This document shows positions 34,178 through 50,992 of a DNA stretch of 64,000 bases, one piece after another (the stretch's first letter is position 1; each line of letters starts with the position of its first letter). The notes under the pieces are model-generated. The model saw only the letters and a program-made list of their open reading frames with translations. It ran no database searches and had not been told where the DNA came from. The stretch is taken from the NCBI GenBank assembly GCA_037447605.1, contig CM074804.1, positions 4,813,909 to 4,877,908 on the forward strand. The letters are read 5' to 3'. A program made the position numbers and the translations under genes. This DNA is from Zygnema circumcarinatum SAG 698-1b (lineage: Eukaryota; Plantae; Zygnematophyceae).

Positions 34178-35308
34178 GGAGACTGCTATTTTCACACCTT
34201 TTTGTCTAGATACACACCTTTTCTCGCCGGGCAGATTTTATTTTAGAAATAAAAGGGTTAAAAACCCACTTTATTTTGAGTGCGTCGGCCCCACCCCCTT
34301 ACAAGGAGTTCGCGGAGGTCAGGGAGGGAAAAAATGGTATTGAACTCACGATGTCGATGCCATCAAATGTACATGGACAAAAGCAGCATGGGGAACCACG
34401 AGAGATTGGTCGCAAAGGACCTAAGCACGAAAGAAAGAAGCTAGGAGCGGAAAACTACGCCTAGGCGCAACAACGCTTCAAGCCCTCCCTAAAAGCAGCC
34501 GCGAAGGTCACTGATGTGCGGCACACCGCGCGGAGGGAGGGAAGGAGGGAGGGAGGGAGCGGCGGAAGGCCACCAACACGGTCGCCAACAACCGCGGCTT
34601 TCACGCCGAAGGAGCGGAGAAGCGAGGAGGGCAACGCTGAAGGGCGACGAAAGTACGCTGTCAATAAAAAGTAGCCAAGACTGCCGGAGGAGGGCTTCCT
34701 TCCTTCCGGGGCCGTGCATCTCGAAGGAGCGATGGGCGCACTGGCGAAGGAAGGCATCCAAACGGGTGTGGAAGCAACCAAAAATCTCAATAGCCATAGG
34801 AACAAACTCGTCGGCCGCGTCACGATGGGCACATGGGCCGCATCACGAGCAGCCACGCCTTCATGGGAGTCAGGGAGGGTTTTGCTCCAGCACATTTCTT
34901 CGCCTAATCTTATGCAGAAAATGTTTTTGTTTTCCTTCAAACAAAAACTTGAACAACATGAATGGTGAGCTCATGCAACGCCTGCTGGACAACTCTAGCG
35001 GAAGTTCTAACGATTACCACTCAGCCGGTGTTGCGCATGTTGCTCGCAATGGCTTTCATGGTCCGCAGCAATGTTGGCTTCTCCCAGAGATCGGAATGTC
35101 TCTGGCAATGCTTGCGAAAATAAAATGGGTTTTTAGAGGTTTTAGCCCTCTTTTTTCCAAGATAAAATCTGAATCCGCGAAAAAAGGTGTGTATTTAGAC
35201 AAGAAAGGTGTGAAGAGAGCATTTTTCGATTTTATCCCTTTATTTCTAAAATAAAATCTGCCCGGCGGGAAAAAGTGTGTATCTAGACAAAAAAGGTGTG
35301 AAACTAGC
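34178..35308. mobile_element. Non-autonomous long-TIR (Mutator-like) element C
   Basis: About 75-bp TIRs (GCTA[T/G]TTTCACACCTTTTTTGTCTAGATACACAC..GCCGGGCAGATTTTATTTTAGAAATAAA). The left end starts GGAGACT and the right end lacks these last ~7 nt. Flanked by ATAATTAT at 34170-34177 and 35309-35316. Carries the shared repeat module at 34330-34900. Confidence 0.82.
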
Positions 35309-35766
35309 ATAATTATTGTTTTGATAATGTTCGAGGGTCGCCTCGGCGCCGTCCCGTTCTGGCTCCAGATGCCACGTCAGCCATTCCGCGCCTGCCGGCC
35401 GCAGCCCGCCCGCCCGCCCTCACGGGAAGTATCTGTCAAGGGCAGAAGGACGGGCCCTGCAGGCAGGCAGGCAGGGAGAGCGGCCGGGAGGGAGGGAGGG
35501 TTGGAAGGAGGAAGAGAGGGAGGGAGGGCGCGGGAGGCGGCCTGGGTGGTACATGCGGGGAATGTGACCGCCACTCTCGCAGGCAGTCTCTCGACTCTCT
35601 CTTTCCCTCCCGCGCAGCTTTCCAGGGCATGCGCTGCGGGCACTACGCCTGTCCATCGGAATCAGCAGGGACCAGTTGGCGACTGCGGGGACGGTCCCTC
35701 TGGCTGGCAGACGGGTGGGCGTTTACAGCGGTCAACCTGTGGTGTTTCAGGATCTCGTTTTGGAGA

Positions 35767-39755
<3,989 letters not shown>

Positions 39756-40452
39756 GTTATGATGGGCCCTATTGACCAATGAAACTGCAAGCAGTTGAAG
39801 GCTACTCACGCGAAGCCAGGGGGAAACACAGGCTGTTCTTTGGATCAGCTCGGTTTTGAAGGGGACGGAATCACTCGCCCTCTCTGTACTCTCACACACA
39901 GTTCGGTTGCCGCGGCCCAATGGAGCCTTTCTGAGCTAAAGGAGAATGGCTTGATGACGCGAAGGAAAGGAAGTGTACAGCAGGAAAGCAGGGCAGGGCC
40001 CCCTCTTGAATTGGAACAGACGGTGTCTGCCACCTCTTCCCTCTGCAAGGGGTGGGAGGGAGTTGTGAGAGAGGTGTCCTTGGACATCTGCTGAGATCAA
40101 GGTGAAAGCGTGGCAACTGACCTCCTTGGGGAAGCCCAAGCTGGAACACACAGCTCGACCTCCTTTGCTGATTTATATTTTAGCATTTTGTTATGATTAG
40201 TTGTTGGCATGTCTGGATTTTATGGTCCCGACATCGTTCCACTTGAGAGTGAATGGATCTTTACTCCATCATTCCTTCGACCGCCCTTTTTAGAGGTGTG
40301 CTTCTCATTGTAGTCCCTGAATTGACTGTCCAAATGAACCAGATGGCCCCAACCGGCTACTTTAGCAGGATGGCAGATCTATGATGACCCCTGATTTTCA
40401 TCGTTTTGGATTTTCATCGTTTTGTGCTGACTGACTGATGACTTCCGCTCAA

Positions 40453-40518
40453 GCTTTAATATAGTGTTTCTCACGCTTTAATATAGTGTTTCTCACGCTT
40501 TAATATAGTGTTTCTCAC
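40453..40518. repeat. Perfect 22-bp tandem repeat x3
   Basis: GCTTTAATATAGTGTTTCTCAC three times, with no spacers. Confidence 0.95.
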
Positions 40519-41070
40519 AGAATCAACCGCTCTCCATGATCTCATGGTTCAATGGAATGGTTCATGTGACTTCAACTGCGAGATGTCTCGGTCTGCCGGT
40601 GAAACCACAAAAAAAAAAATGTTTTGCATGAAAAGTCATCATCCCGGCTCTTGTTGCTGATGTTGTTCCTAACCCAACGAAAAGAGCTTTTTTAAAATCC
40701 AGTTTTAAGAGCAAAGCAAGCAGATTAAGAGCGTAATACAAAAACACCTTTTTTACACACATGCCGTGTTTGATTGTCCAGTGAAAAGAACTTCCAGGCT
40801 AAGAAAGGCTTCAACTAACAAGAAAATACGAGTCATGCACAAAAGAACTCGACGGGCCTTTGTTCCAAGACCGTACAAAGAAGCGGCACACGCAACAGTT
40901 GGGATGAAAGTGCAACCTAACGGCTTTGTGTTGAGAAAAAATTTAGGCTTTCCTTGCAGGGTAGAAGGGCTGCATCTTTTACGTGGACGGTGTGTTCCAA
41001 CGGCATGTAAGCAACAGAAAACTTTTTCAATCTAAGGTATGAACATCTCCCAAGCAAATGAGAAAAGAGT

Positions 41071-43387
41071 TTACAGAGTGTACTTCTCCTCCCTTAGCTT
41101 TTTGAACAGATTAAAAAAGCTCTCAAAGCTGTCGTAGGTTTCAGTAAATCCGCGCTCACGACTCTTTGACATGTCGTTATAGGCCTCGAATGGACGACTG
41201 AGATCTGCATCAGTGTGCCACCAGATCGCAATATCCTCCATCTTGTACGGCTTTAAGCCGTGCTCCTTCACTATCTGATCCCAGACCGGGCCTTTGTCCT
41301 TCATCCTTTCCTGAGAAGAAATATTAAAATGTTAGAATGTCAGTCCCTTCCCTTGGTTTTTTTTTTTCACACCAAACGCCAAACATCTCTTGAGATTCCA
41401 TTTTCTGCCATTTGATTTCAGGGATTCGGCATTCAATCTGCTTGATATGCGAAATTCAGTTTCAAATCCAAACTGAGAAGTGACAATAAACAGCACAAGT
41501 ACTCCATCTTTTTGCTGCCGTCCATCTGTTCTAAACATTGGCTTTCACGATAACCGGGTGCCTTCCTCTTTTTAATGTGTCATCACTAAGAGACCCAGAA
41601 TGATCAAAACTCTACTTTCGTTACCTGGAGAGGAGACGGCTCTCCAGGGTACGGTGCTTCTTTCAAGCCATAAAATGCCGCTATTTTCCCCCATAAGTCC
41701 TTCCAGCGAAAGACGTCACAGTTTGTCACATTCTGGAGCCTCCAGTGAACACATTAGTTTCCCAGCAGAAAATGACGAAACTTAAATTAAAAACTGCAAC
41801 AGCAAGTAGATAAGATGGAGACTACTACTTAAGGACAGGTCCTCCTCGGGATAAGTCGAAGCTTAAAAAGTGCGTGAGGCTCACATAGGCTTCATTTGCA
41901 GCTTTTGGTTCTGTAGCAGCCCAAATCTCATGTTTAGCGACAATATCTGCATCTGACACATCGTTCCGACCTTCCCATTGTTCCTTCGATCCCGGGAATA
42001 AGAGCGCCTCGCCTGTGTATTTGCAGATGCTCGCATAAACTGCCAAACTTGTGCCGAGGTTCATCAAATTACCTGGCGCAAAACTGCATTTACACGATCA
42101 AATCTTAGCTGTTGTCAGCAAGGCTCTGGCTTAGTAATGGAGGCATACAGGTTTCTCTCTCGACTATCACACACACATCCACGTCCTTCACCTTTCTTAG
42201 GTGTAAATGGCAAATTAACGAGGTCCAGCTTGCAGACTGTTGAAAAAAAACCAACATACCTGTACAATGTCATAATATACCACTATTAGGATACTCACCC
42301 TATTATGGTAAAGGGGCGATGCACTGTCCAGGTAAAGTTGTGGAGGCCGGAAAAAGAAACGAGGATATCCTCAAGGGTGTAATAGAAGTTGGGGTGTGGC
42401 AATCTCGGCATATCCTCTTTGAATGGAATCTGCACTGGAATTTTTCCATACAGCTCAAAAGGTCCAAGGTAGTGCTTGGTGCCTGTGGTGAGAGCGACAT
42501 GGCGAAGACCTGCAGCACGACTTCCAAGGATACCTGGAAAAGAAGAGACACAAGAGCATTGAGAAGTGCATGAAATGAATCGAAAAATTATGAGCTAAGG
42601 TCTAAAGTTGATAGACAGGGCTAAGTAGTAAGGAAAACAAATCCACCGTAGAACACGAGGCACGAAATGAGGCTGTTAATGGAAACCAAAACCTGGCAAC
42701 TCTGAATAAAATTGGATTGCACAAGAAAACTTACTCAGCACATTTTTGAACATGGCACCGTTGGCTTCACAATTCTCTTCCTCAGTTCCCTTCATTGTCC
42801 ACGTCGCCCAAAAGAGATGTGTGACGCCAATTATTGGGCCCAAATTCACCAAAACATCATCCTCATTCGCTACGTCACATTGAATGTGTGTATAGCGCGG
42901 GTCTACGGGTTGCATCCATTCTGGGAGTGGCTTTCTCGAAACACCGTAAACCTATAAAAGAATCCAAATTCTCAGCAAAAATACTCAGGAAATGTCATAC
43001 ATTTGAGAAATCTCCAAAAGCGAGCTCTGCTTGAAGGGCAAGACAACGAATTAATCTTGAATAATTCAGGATTAAGCATAACCACACACTCAATGACCGA
43101 ATGCCAACAAACAGCCATAAACAACGAACAATATGCACTAAGACAGTATTATGCACTCAGAAAGCATTGGAAGAACTTGAAAAATGCAACAAGCTGAATA
43201 GAAGAATGATGCAAAAAATGATAAAAATCTTTACCTTCTGCCAATGATTTTTCTCTCCTGCAAGGAGCCGTTTGACCAAATGATTTCCAACTATTCCTGT
43301 ATCCCCAACAACGAGGGCGACCGGTCGCTCCTCCGCCGTTCCCTCCAAAGCCTCAGCTTTGGAGACCTTCTTTTCACCGCCGGACAT
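41071..43387 (-). CDS. VEP1: PRISE / progesterone 5-beta-reductase / VEP1-like atypical SDR, 6 exons
   Basis: ALVVGDTGIVG, VYGVSRKP, VTHLFWATW, CEANGAMFKNVL, LRHVALTTGTKHYLGPF, PNFYYTLED (catalytic Lys and Tyr motifs), WTVHRPFTIIG, MNLGTSLAVYASICK, DVFRWKDLW, MKDKGPVWDQIV, DMSKSRERGF. Five GT-AG introns keep the frame. Confidence 0.93.
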
Positions 43388-44204
43388 GCCTTTCTTTCAA
43401 ATCCTGTAAAATAATTTGTAAACACGCAATCGGTTCGGTTTCCAGGAGTAAGACTCTCCAACTCAAACCTTTACCACGCAAGACGCTGTCGTTTCTGAAG
43501 CCACCAGAACGCTCCCGGTTTTCCAAGGTAGCCTTCCCATCCTTGCCCTCCCTACCCGGTCTCTCCCTCCCCCTCTCGTGCATGCCCACCTTGCGGCGCT
43601 CGCTCCGACCCCAAAGCTCCACAAGCAGAGGCTGCACAAGGAAGCAGGAGCTGCAGGGAACCTGCCACGTGGCGAGCGGCGGACATACATGCCTACGGTG
43701 GCAGCAATGCAGAGAAGGTGCCACGTGGCGGTTCGAGCTGCGAGTCTGTACTGTACATGTAAAGCGGACCCTTTGAGCGTGCCACGTCACGACTGGACGA
43801 TCACAGCCTGCCACGTCAGAAGTCGCCAGCGTGGCAGACGAGATAGGCATTCTCCCGCCTCTCTTTAATTTGTATCTCTCTTTGTGAAAACTTATTCCGG
43901 AAGCATAAAAACAGACCAGCATTGAACTTTACGAAGGTCATCGTGCAATTAAGCAAGGAAAAGAAACAAACGGAATTGCAACGCCACAAAGTTGTTCTGA
44001 AAACGTAAGGAGTATATATAAAAAAACAAAGAAAACAAATGAGAAGCTAGGGTAAAGAAACAGCAAGAATAGTCTCATTAAAAAAAAAAAAAAATAGAAT
44101 AAAAGACAGAACCAAGGGTTCTCGTACTGTTTGAGAAACCAACCATCGAAGTCCTAAATTGATATTTTTTTTCTTAAACAAAAAACTGACATAAAAAAAG
44201 GAAG

Positions 44205-44295
44205 AGATGCCACGAAATGGACATGGCCAAAACCAACGTGGGAACCACGAGGACCCGGTCACAAAGGACCTAAGGACGAAAGAAAAAGCTTGCAA
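44205..44295 (+). repeat. Dispersed repeat module copy
   Basis: ACATGGCCAAAACCAACGTGGGAACCACGAGGACCCGGTCACAAAGGACCTAAGGACGAAAGAAAAAGCT matches 34370-34445. Confidence 0.72.
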
Positions 44296-44505
44296 ACTGA
44301 CATGCTTTACTTCAGGATTAAAACGTCCTTTTCCCAACAGCAGTATATTGGAAAAATGGAAGTGAACTGTTGTGGAGGCGAACAGGGATAATCGAGGGGG
44401 ATAACATAATGACCGAGGAGGTCTTCTTGTAGCTAGCCGCTCCCCGCAGTCCACCGGCCACAAGCAGAGCGTTAAGAACGGAGTTCCATTCCTCCGTGAT
44501 CTGTT

Positions 44506-47500
44506 CTACAAATTCGGCAAACTGCTGTGGTGCGCAACAGAGAACTTGGCGATAAAAAAGCCGATGGTGTCACGCGGTCCGCATGGATCAAACCGCTGCA
44601 CGAGATGCTCTTCTCCAGGACGAAGCCACTCACTGAGCATCACCCAACCCCATTCAAGCGGATACAGAGAAAGCTTCAGCATTGGGCACTTCTCAAGAAG
44701 GACAAACAGAGGATAAAGAGATTTCTGTTCAACAAAAGTATTATTTACAGCTGTTGAGTTTTGCACAACAAGAATGCTAGAAACACAATGACATGCAATC
44801 AAATCAGAAATCTACTACCTGCATAAATGGCAGAATTTCGAGAGAGAAACAACAAAGAGCGCCCCCCTGCCCTTTCCATTCATCTTGTTGCTAGCAGGCA
44901 CAGCAGGTGATGCCGAATCTCACCGATATCCCGCGCCATCAAATACATCCAAACCTCCAACAAGCCCCGGACCACCTAATCTCGGCGCCTGTACAAGGAG
45001 AAAATTCATAAGGCAAGGTTGAAGGGCATAGTATGGAAAAACTAAAGTTCGGGCTTCATGAAATTTCTTGACCAACCAAGTTTTTCATAGAAAGGAAAAA
45101 AGACTATGTTATTCTTATCAGCTTCCAAAATTTCCGGTCAAATTTTGCATTAACAGATGCATCTACCTCTGAGCTTCACCTTCAGCTCATCCAAGACCAC
45201 TGTGAGAGACATTGAGCTCATCAGGGAGGTTACAACAACATAGGTCACAGGCTTTCCAACACACATGCCGTTATTTAGCCAACTTATCTGCAGGCATCCA
45301 GTATTGATGTTCAAAACTGTATGGAGGGTTGTACTGCGACTGTACGTTGGAAGAAAATTGAAGATTACCTGTGGAGCAAGAGACAAAAAGGAGTACTTGT
45401 CCAGAGCATATCGAACCACAGCTTCATTCTCGCCAGGGTTAATGGTGCACCTGCAATAAGCTCCAACAAGTACACGAGTTTGAAACAACACAACATCACA
45501 AGCCGCAAAGATGGTCGCCAAGATATCGCTAATCATGGAGCTACGTTGCATACACTCTCTCTCTCTCTCAGACACACGCATACATCCAGAGATGAGGCAA
45601 AATGAGAATATAGGACAAAACAAATTCGAATGATTCGCTGCAACAATGAAGAATGGACAGAAACTTATGCTAAGCTTAATGTCCTGAGTTCTACAAACAT
45701 AATCAAGCAGCCAAAGAATGCTGGTTGCCCAAGCACAAACTGAATCACACTTACGTGGAGTAAACAAGAGTGCCACCCGGCTTAACCAGAAGCACTGCCT
45801 GGTCTAACAGCCTCCTCTGATACACACCATGCTTCCGCAAATCCTCCATAGTGGCCTGCATCCAACAACTTCAATCACGGCATCCTTATACTTTCCACTG
45901 ACGAGGCCAAATTATCAATCCTCACAACCACATTGCTACTAGTAAAGGACAAATGTCTGTCGATAGAACCTCCTTGTCGTTCTGCTATTACAAGTACAGA
46001 AACTCTTCATTCATTATTAATCTTAAATCACTACTAAATGGGTTAAAACAAACAAATTATTCCTGAACTAAAATAGGACGTGACTGTAATCGGGCATAGC
46101 TCAGATACAAGCGGATGGGAGTTAAGGCTCCGAGAAGCACCTCTGCTGCGAATAGTCTAGGCCGTAGGCCCAGTGAAGAACATGGCGCATCCAAGAGCAC
46201 CCTGTCAAAGCTGCGAGGAGGGAATTCTCGAACTCCGTTTTGAACCTCCTCACTTGACTTTGGGCCATTTTGTGACCGCCGTTTCTTCTTCCTTTCAACT
46301 GCTTTGCTTTTGTATATGCAATTCAAAACCGCAGAGTCACCTGCTATGCTAGAGGCTGCATGCTGTGTGGTGGAAGGAGAAGTGGAAGAGTCGCAGTCGC
46401 AAGCAGACGATCGGGAGTGGATGTCACAATCAGTTCTCCAAGGCGAATTGGACGATGGCTGCTGCGATGTCGAACTTTGCGGTATTGAAGTTGATGGTGA
46501 AGGTGCTTCTAATAGATTCAATGGACACATGGAGACAGATGGTGATGCTGGCATGAGCGTGGTAAACATCATACATCAAACAACAGGTTTTACGTATGAC
46601 TTCATTCTTCCAAGGATATTTGGAGAGCTGCTGCACGGCAGCTTCCCTAAGCAGGAAACGTCTTGCTCACCTTCCTCAAGTCCTGATGACTCATCGCAAG
46701 GTATCGACGCAACTTCTCCACGATCCAACTTGTCAGCCCCACTTGCCGAGGGTGTTGATGCCCATCTGGAATTTAGCACAGCCTTGAGACTATTCATCTT
46801 CATGGCCTTAATACAGGTGAGCCCCATTTCTTGTGCAAGCTGCACAATTTCCCTGACCTGCAAACCATACAACAAAAGATACATTGACCATGATCGCTTG
46901 AATAGCAGCCCAAGCATTGGTACCCAAATCTGTAAAACTCCCCAAGTGCGTCTGGAAAGCCATGTCTTTAGATCTCCCCCCCATGCAATGGCGAGGAGGA
47001 AAAGGAACAACAGGCCCTTATAAACGACGTCTGAGAGATTTTTGTAAGTTTCCCACATGTGCTTAGTTTTCAAGTATAAGCGTATTTCTACAGCCAGAAC
47101 TACACCTTGCTGTGTGACCTATCGAGGGCCACAACCTCCCCTTGAGCTTTCATGAGTATGGCTATGGCGGTGGCCTTGCCACCTGGCGCGGCGCACATGT
47201 CCAGGATACGCTCTCCGGGCTTCGGATCTGCATCTCCTCAGCACCCTGTTTTAGTGGCATGCACCCTCAACCCATAGCCCGATCGATGATGCAGACTGCA
47301 CAAGGTCACACTCTATATGCACTCCTGAGAGCCAAATTTCAGAAATCCTGCTTTAACGTAGACAAATGTCACTAATTTGGCATTCCTGTAACAGACTGAA
47401 CAATCATTAATGGACTTCACGTAAGTTTAGCTGCGTCTCTTGTCACATCAGCAAGCAACATGTAAAGAGTCGGACCTCCAAACATACAATCTGTATGCAT

Positions 47501-50332
47501 GAGTCAGACCACGATAGCTTCTAAAAATGAACAACGTACCAAGCACATGGGCCGTCACTACACTTGGTAGATTCTGCAAGAAAATGCTCTGAGTCGGCAA
47601 ATCTGGAGAATGGATAAACCACAACAGAGCATGATTCTGGTGAGAGTGGCAAATTTTAACTCTGCTGCGTTGCCCGCAAAAAAACATGCCAATGTGCAGG
47701 GCTTGAAGCCTAGATTTAGGGCTTCTGCTGCATATGGTTCTCATTTACAAACTCAAAACGATGTTCTCAAATTAGTAAAAAAATCAATCTAATAACCAAT
47801 CTAGGTGATCAATCTGGCACTACTTCTCTCCACACTAACATCAAATGATACATGCATGGTCGCCTTCAGCAATCGGCACACATGACATTCTATATTCGCG
47901 AAGCTTTAAGCGTCCAGGCCTTACTATGGCAGGGTGGCAGGTCATAAACTCGCCAAGTCATGTCAACAGCTATCCCATGAGTTGCGCGGAACATTGCTGT
48001 TCGGGAGAGTCTCGCTCGGCCCCTCCCAATAAACCACTTGCTGCGATCTTGACCTCCCAGTTCTGCAGGCAGGCAGTGAAACACCATTAAGCATCTCTGT
48101 GGACTTCCTGTGACAAGACTGGCGTACTTGCCTAAATTCACAGGTCCCTCATCACAATGAGGGAGTTGATGAAATCATTAACTCAGCACACTTGAACAAC
48201 CAACATCTGAAGCTGCAATCACCACTTCGCTAGCAAGTCTTTGACAAAATCAGACCACCCACCATATCCTATGCACGATATTTACAATCCTATCTACCAA
48301 CCACCTTTTCTGGAACTGCAGGAAGTCACAATTAGCTGCCTTGTCCGGTACCCGTAGCTTGCAGCACATTCATCTTCACACCATGGTCAGACTCGCTACA
48401 ACTCGCTGCCATCACGCCACGTGACCTCGGAACTCGGCTCACGTGATTCAGCATGGTCCGAGCCGAGGACTGCGCCTCTCGTGCAGCCAACCGTCCACCC
48501 TCCATCCCCATTCAGTCGCTCTATGGCGGCAGACACTGCCACGACATCTCCCTCCTCTACATGCGCGCTGCAGGCATACACTCCAGGCACAAAAACCTGC
48601 AGCAAGCGGGAAACCAAAACAAACAAATACCCAGTGGAATACGAGGATCTGGTGAAAAACAAGCAAACAAACAAGAAAGCATGAAAAATAACCAAGCAAT
48701 TTCTGCATACGCTCATGGTGTTTTGTGCCAGTCAAAAGCAAGCATCCACTTTTCTCCGCCAAGATTAGAATACAAGAGATTGATTATTGATAGAAAGGTT
48801 TCGAATGAGCAAGCAACTGAATCTAGCTATGCTCAGACAATGCAATGCTAATGCAGACGCTAGAGTCAGTGACCTGCAAAGTTCAGTCGAGCTACGCCAG
48901 ACATCGAATCAGAGGCTGGAAGAGGTTTGCAGCCATTTGTTTAAGTGGCACATTTATCAAATTTCCACGCTTAGCAGGAGGCCCTTCATGACAAAAAGTG
49001 GAGAAAAATTGTGTGAATGTTTCATTCCGCGAATACATGAAAATAGGATCTAATCACAGGCATATTTGCAGATGTAAGGGCACACCGACCACACGGTGTA
49101 GAGCAGTTTGATCGAAAGCAGACCGTGGCACGGCACCCGGAAAGAACAAAAAATGCCCAAAACAAACAAACTATTTTTCATGCTTACTTGTGCGCCTCGA
49201 AGGACAGCTTCTGCACATTTTCGGCTCACAACCACCTCCTTCATGTTGCCACCATTCTCAACTATATATTCCACCTCATGGGGACCAGAACCCTGTAGCA
49301 TTATCACACCTGGCAGGTCGGCATGCTCCCAGCAATTTGGCTCGACTACGTTCCTAGATTCTGCCAAACTGCCGTGTGTGTCTTGCAGTGCACTCTTTGA
49401 CCGTTCCCGAAACAGAATTTTGATAGCGGCCATGGCATCTCGGGTGGTTGTATGCAAGGTGTTGACTCGGAGGCAGGAATGAATAGGCGGTCGGCTGCAA
49501 AACAAGTAAAGCAGCTCAGCTTTGAAGTCCCAGATCGTGCGAAGCTGGTAAAAGATGGGCAGGTGAAGACCAAAGATATCCCGGACCACTGTGTTGAATG
49601 CTCATTCAGTTGATTTCAATAGTGCTTGTGGTTTTTGGGACTTTGAAGACAGGCAAGGTTCGGTAATTTCTTATACCACAAAGTCACTAGTTAAATAATC
49701 CTGCACAATACAATGATGCAAGCATGCATATTAATTGACACGATGAAAATGTAGCGTCTAGTCAGCCTCTATTAACCTTTCGTGAACACAAATTTCCTCT
49801 TCACTTAAACAAACCTCCCATAATACATTGTTGTGACAAGCTTTCAAGTCTTCAGATTGCCACTAATATCGAGATAGTTCTAAACCTCTCTGCTCGCGAT
49901 GTCACTACCCCATCGGCACAAAAGTAAACATATTCTCAAAACGAAAAGGTTAAAGGGTGGTTTTGTCTGCGCATACAATTCGATTACCTTAAGCTTTGGG
50001 CTCTTCACTACAATTGGATTGCTCAGACATTTCCTAAAGCTACGGAAAGCGCTTAAGGAATGCAGTGCAAGTTTCTCCATGTTCCCTTTGCCTCCCAAGA
50101 GTCGTCATTGTAACATCACCAACAGCCGTTCTTGTCTCAATAGCCATGACCGCACTCACCATAAAGCTTCGCTTACTCTGTTGAAATGGTCGTCTCCGTA
50201 AGCACGTCTCATATACATTTCCACATCTGTATTCCAATCCAGCCATGGCTGAAAGCTCCAATTACTTCCACAATCTCTCAAGGTCCTGGATGCTGTCGAA
50301 CTCTGCGTGCCTTCGACTGCAGACGATGCCAT
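44506..50332 (-). CDS. NSUN6: NSUN6-like RNA m5C methyltransferase with PUA domain (At1g06560-like)
   Basis: Exons give AYGDDHF, RPPIHSCLRVNTL, VVVSRKCAEAVLRGAQVFVPGV (PUA), IFLQNLPSVVTAHVL, PGERILDMCAAPGGK, FDRVLLDAPCSSLGLRPRL (motif IV Cys), KPGGTLVYSTCTINPGENE (motif VI Cys) and QRFDP..DTIGFFIAKF-stop at 44506. Start MASSAVEG is inferred. Confidence 0.93.
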
Positions 50333-50992
50333 GGTTCTGCCTCCGAGTGATGGCAGCAGAACCACGCCAGTGAGCTTCTCCAAAAGATCGGATCGGCATC
50401 GGATGTTGCAAGGGGTCATCAGATGTCAAGTTATGGGCAATCTGAAGTTACGTAAAAAAACATGTTTTCTAGGATTCAGGACAAACAAAAGTTTCTCATT
50501 GGACAAGAACTTTTTCTTAGCGGAAAGCAGTACGAGAAATGTTTTCGTCTCGGACATCGTCTGCCCGGAAATTGAACGTATCGGGTATCGGGCAGGTGGA
50601 TGAAAATTTCTTACGTAAAACAAATTACAAATAGTCCTAACAACAAGGATGTGGCATTGATTGTGAAAAATAGTCTTTCTCCCCTGAATGACTGCTTTGC
50701 AGGGTAAAGTTTTCTGAGTTTTCGTCACTCAGATTGCCACCCCCCTCTCCCTAGTGGACCCATGGAGTACTCCTATAGGCAATCTTTGGGTTGCTGAAAA
50801 TGCTTGAGGCGGGACATTTGGAATTACTTTTTCTGCTTGGCAAGCAGAACGTATTTCTTTTATCTGAACTTAGTGCATCCATCAACAAAGGACAATATAA
50901 GGAGAGGTTAACGGGCTTCTCCACATTGCTGTGCATTTTGTGCTTATACATTGAGTTGGATCAATCGACAGGACTCTTGCAAGCTCGAAACT

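Noticed and set aside
34514-35254. 246-aa ORF inside long-TIR element C as a transposase
   Set aside because: Low-complexity, repeat-derived translation with no DDE or zinc-finger motifs recognised.
40381-40438. C/D-box snoRNA-like ATGATGA...CTGA
   Set aside because: Only about 50-58 nt, with no terminal stem or recognisable rRNA guide. The interior is a short local duplication (GATTTTCATCGTTTT x2).
40453-40518. Repeat array as CRISPR
   Set aside because: Direct tandem copies with no spacers, a eukaryotic context and no cas genes.
46576-46578. In-frame TGA between two NSUN6 ORF segments (possible pseudogene or readthrough)
   Set aside because: A phase-1 donor G|GTGAGC at 46670 and a phase-1 acceptor CCAG| at 46548 define a 123-nt intron that removes the stop and keeps the frame.
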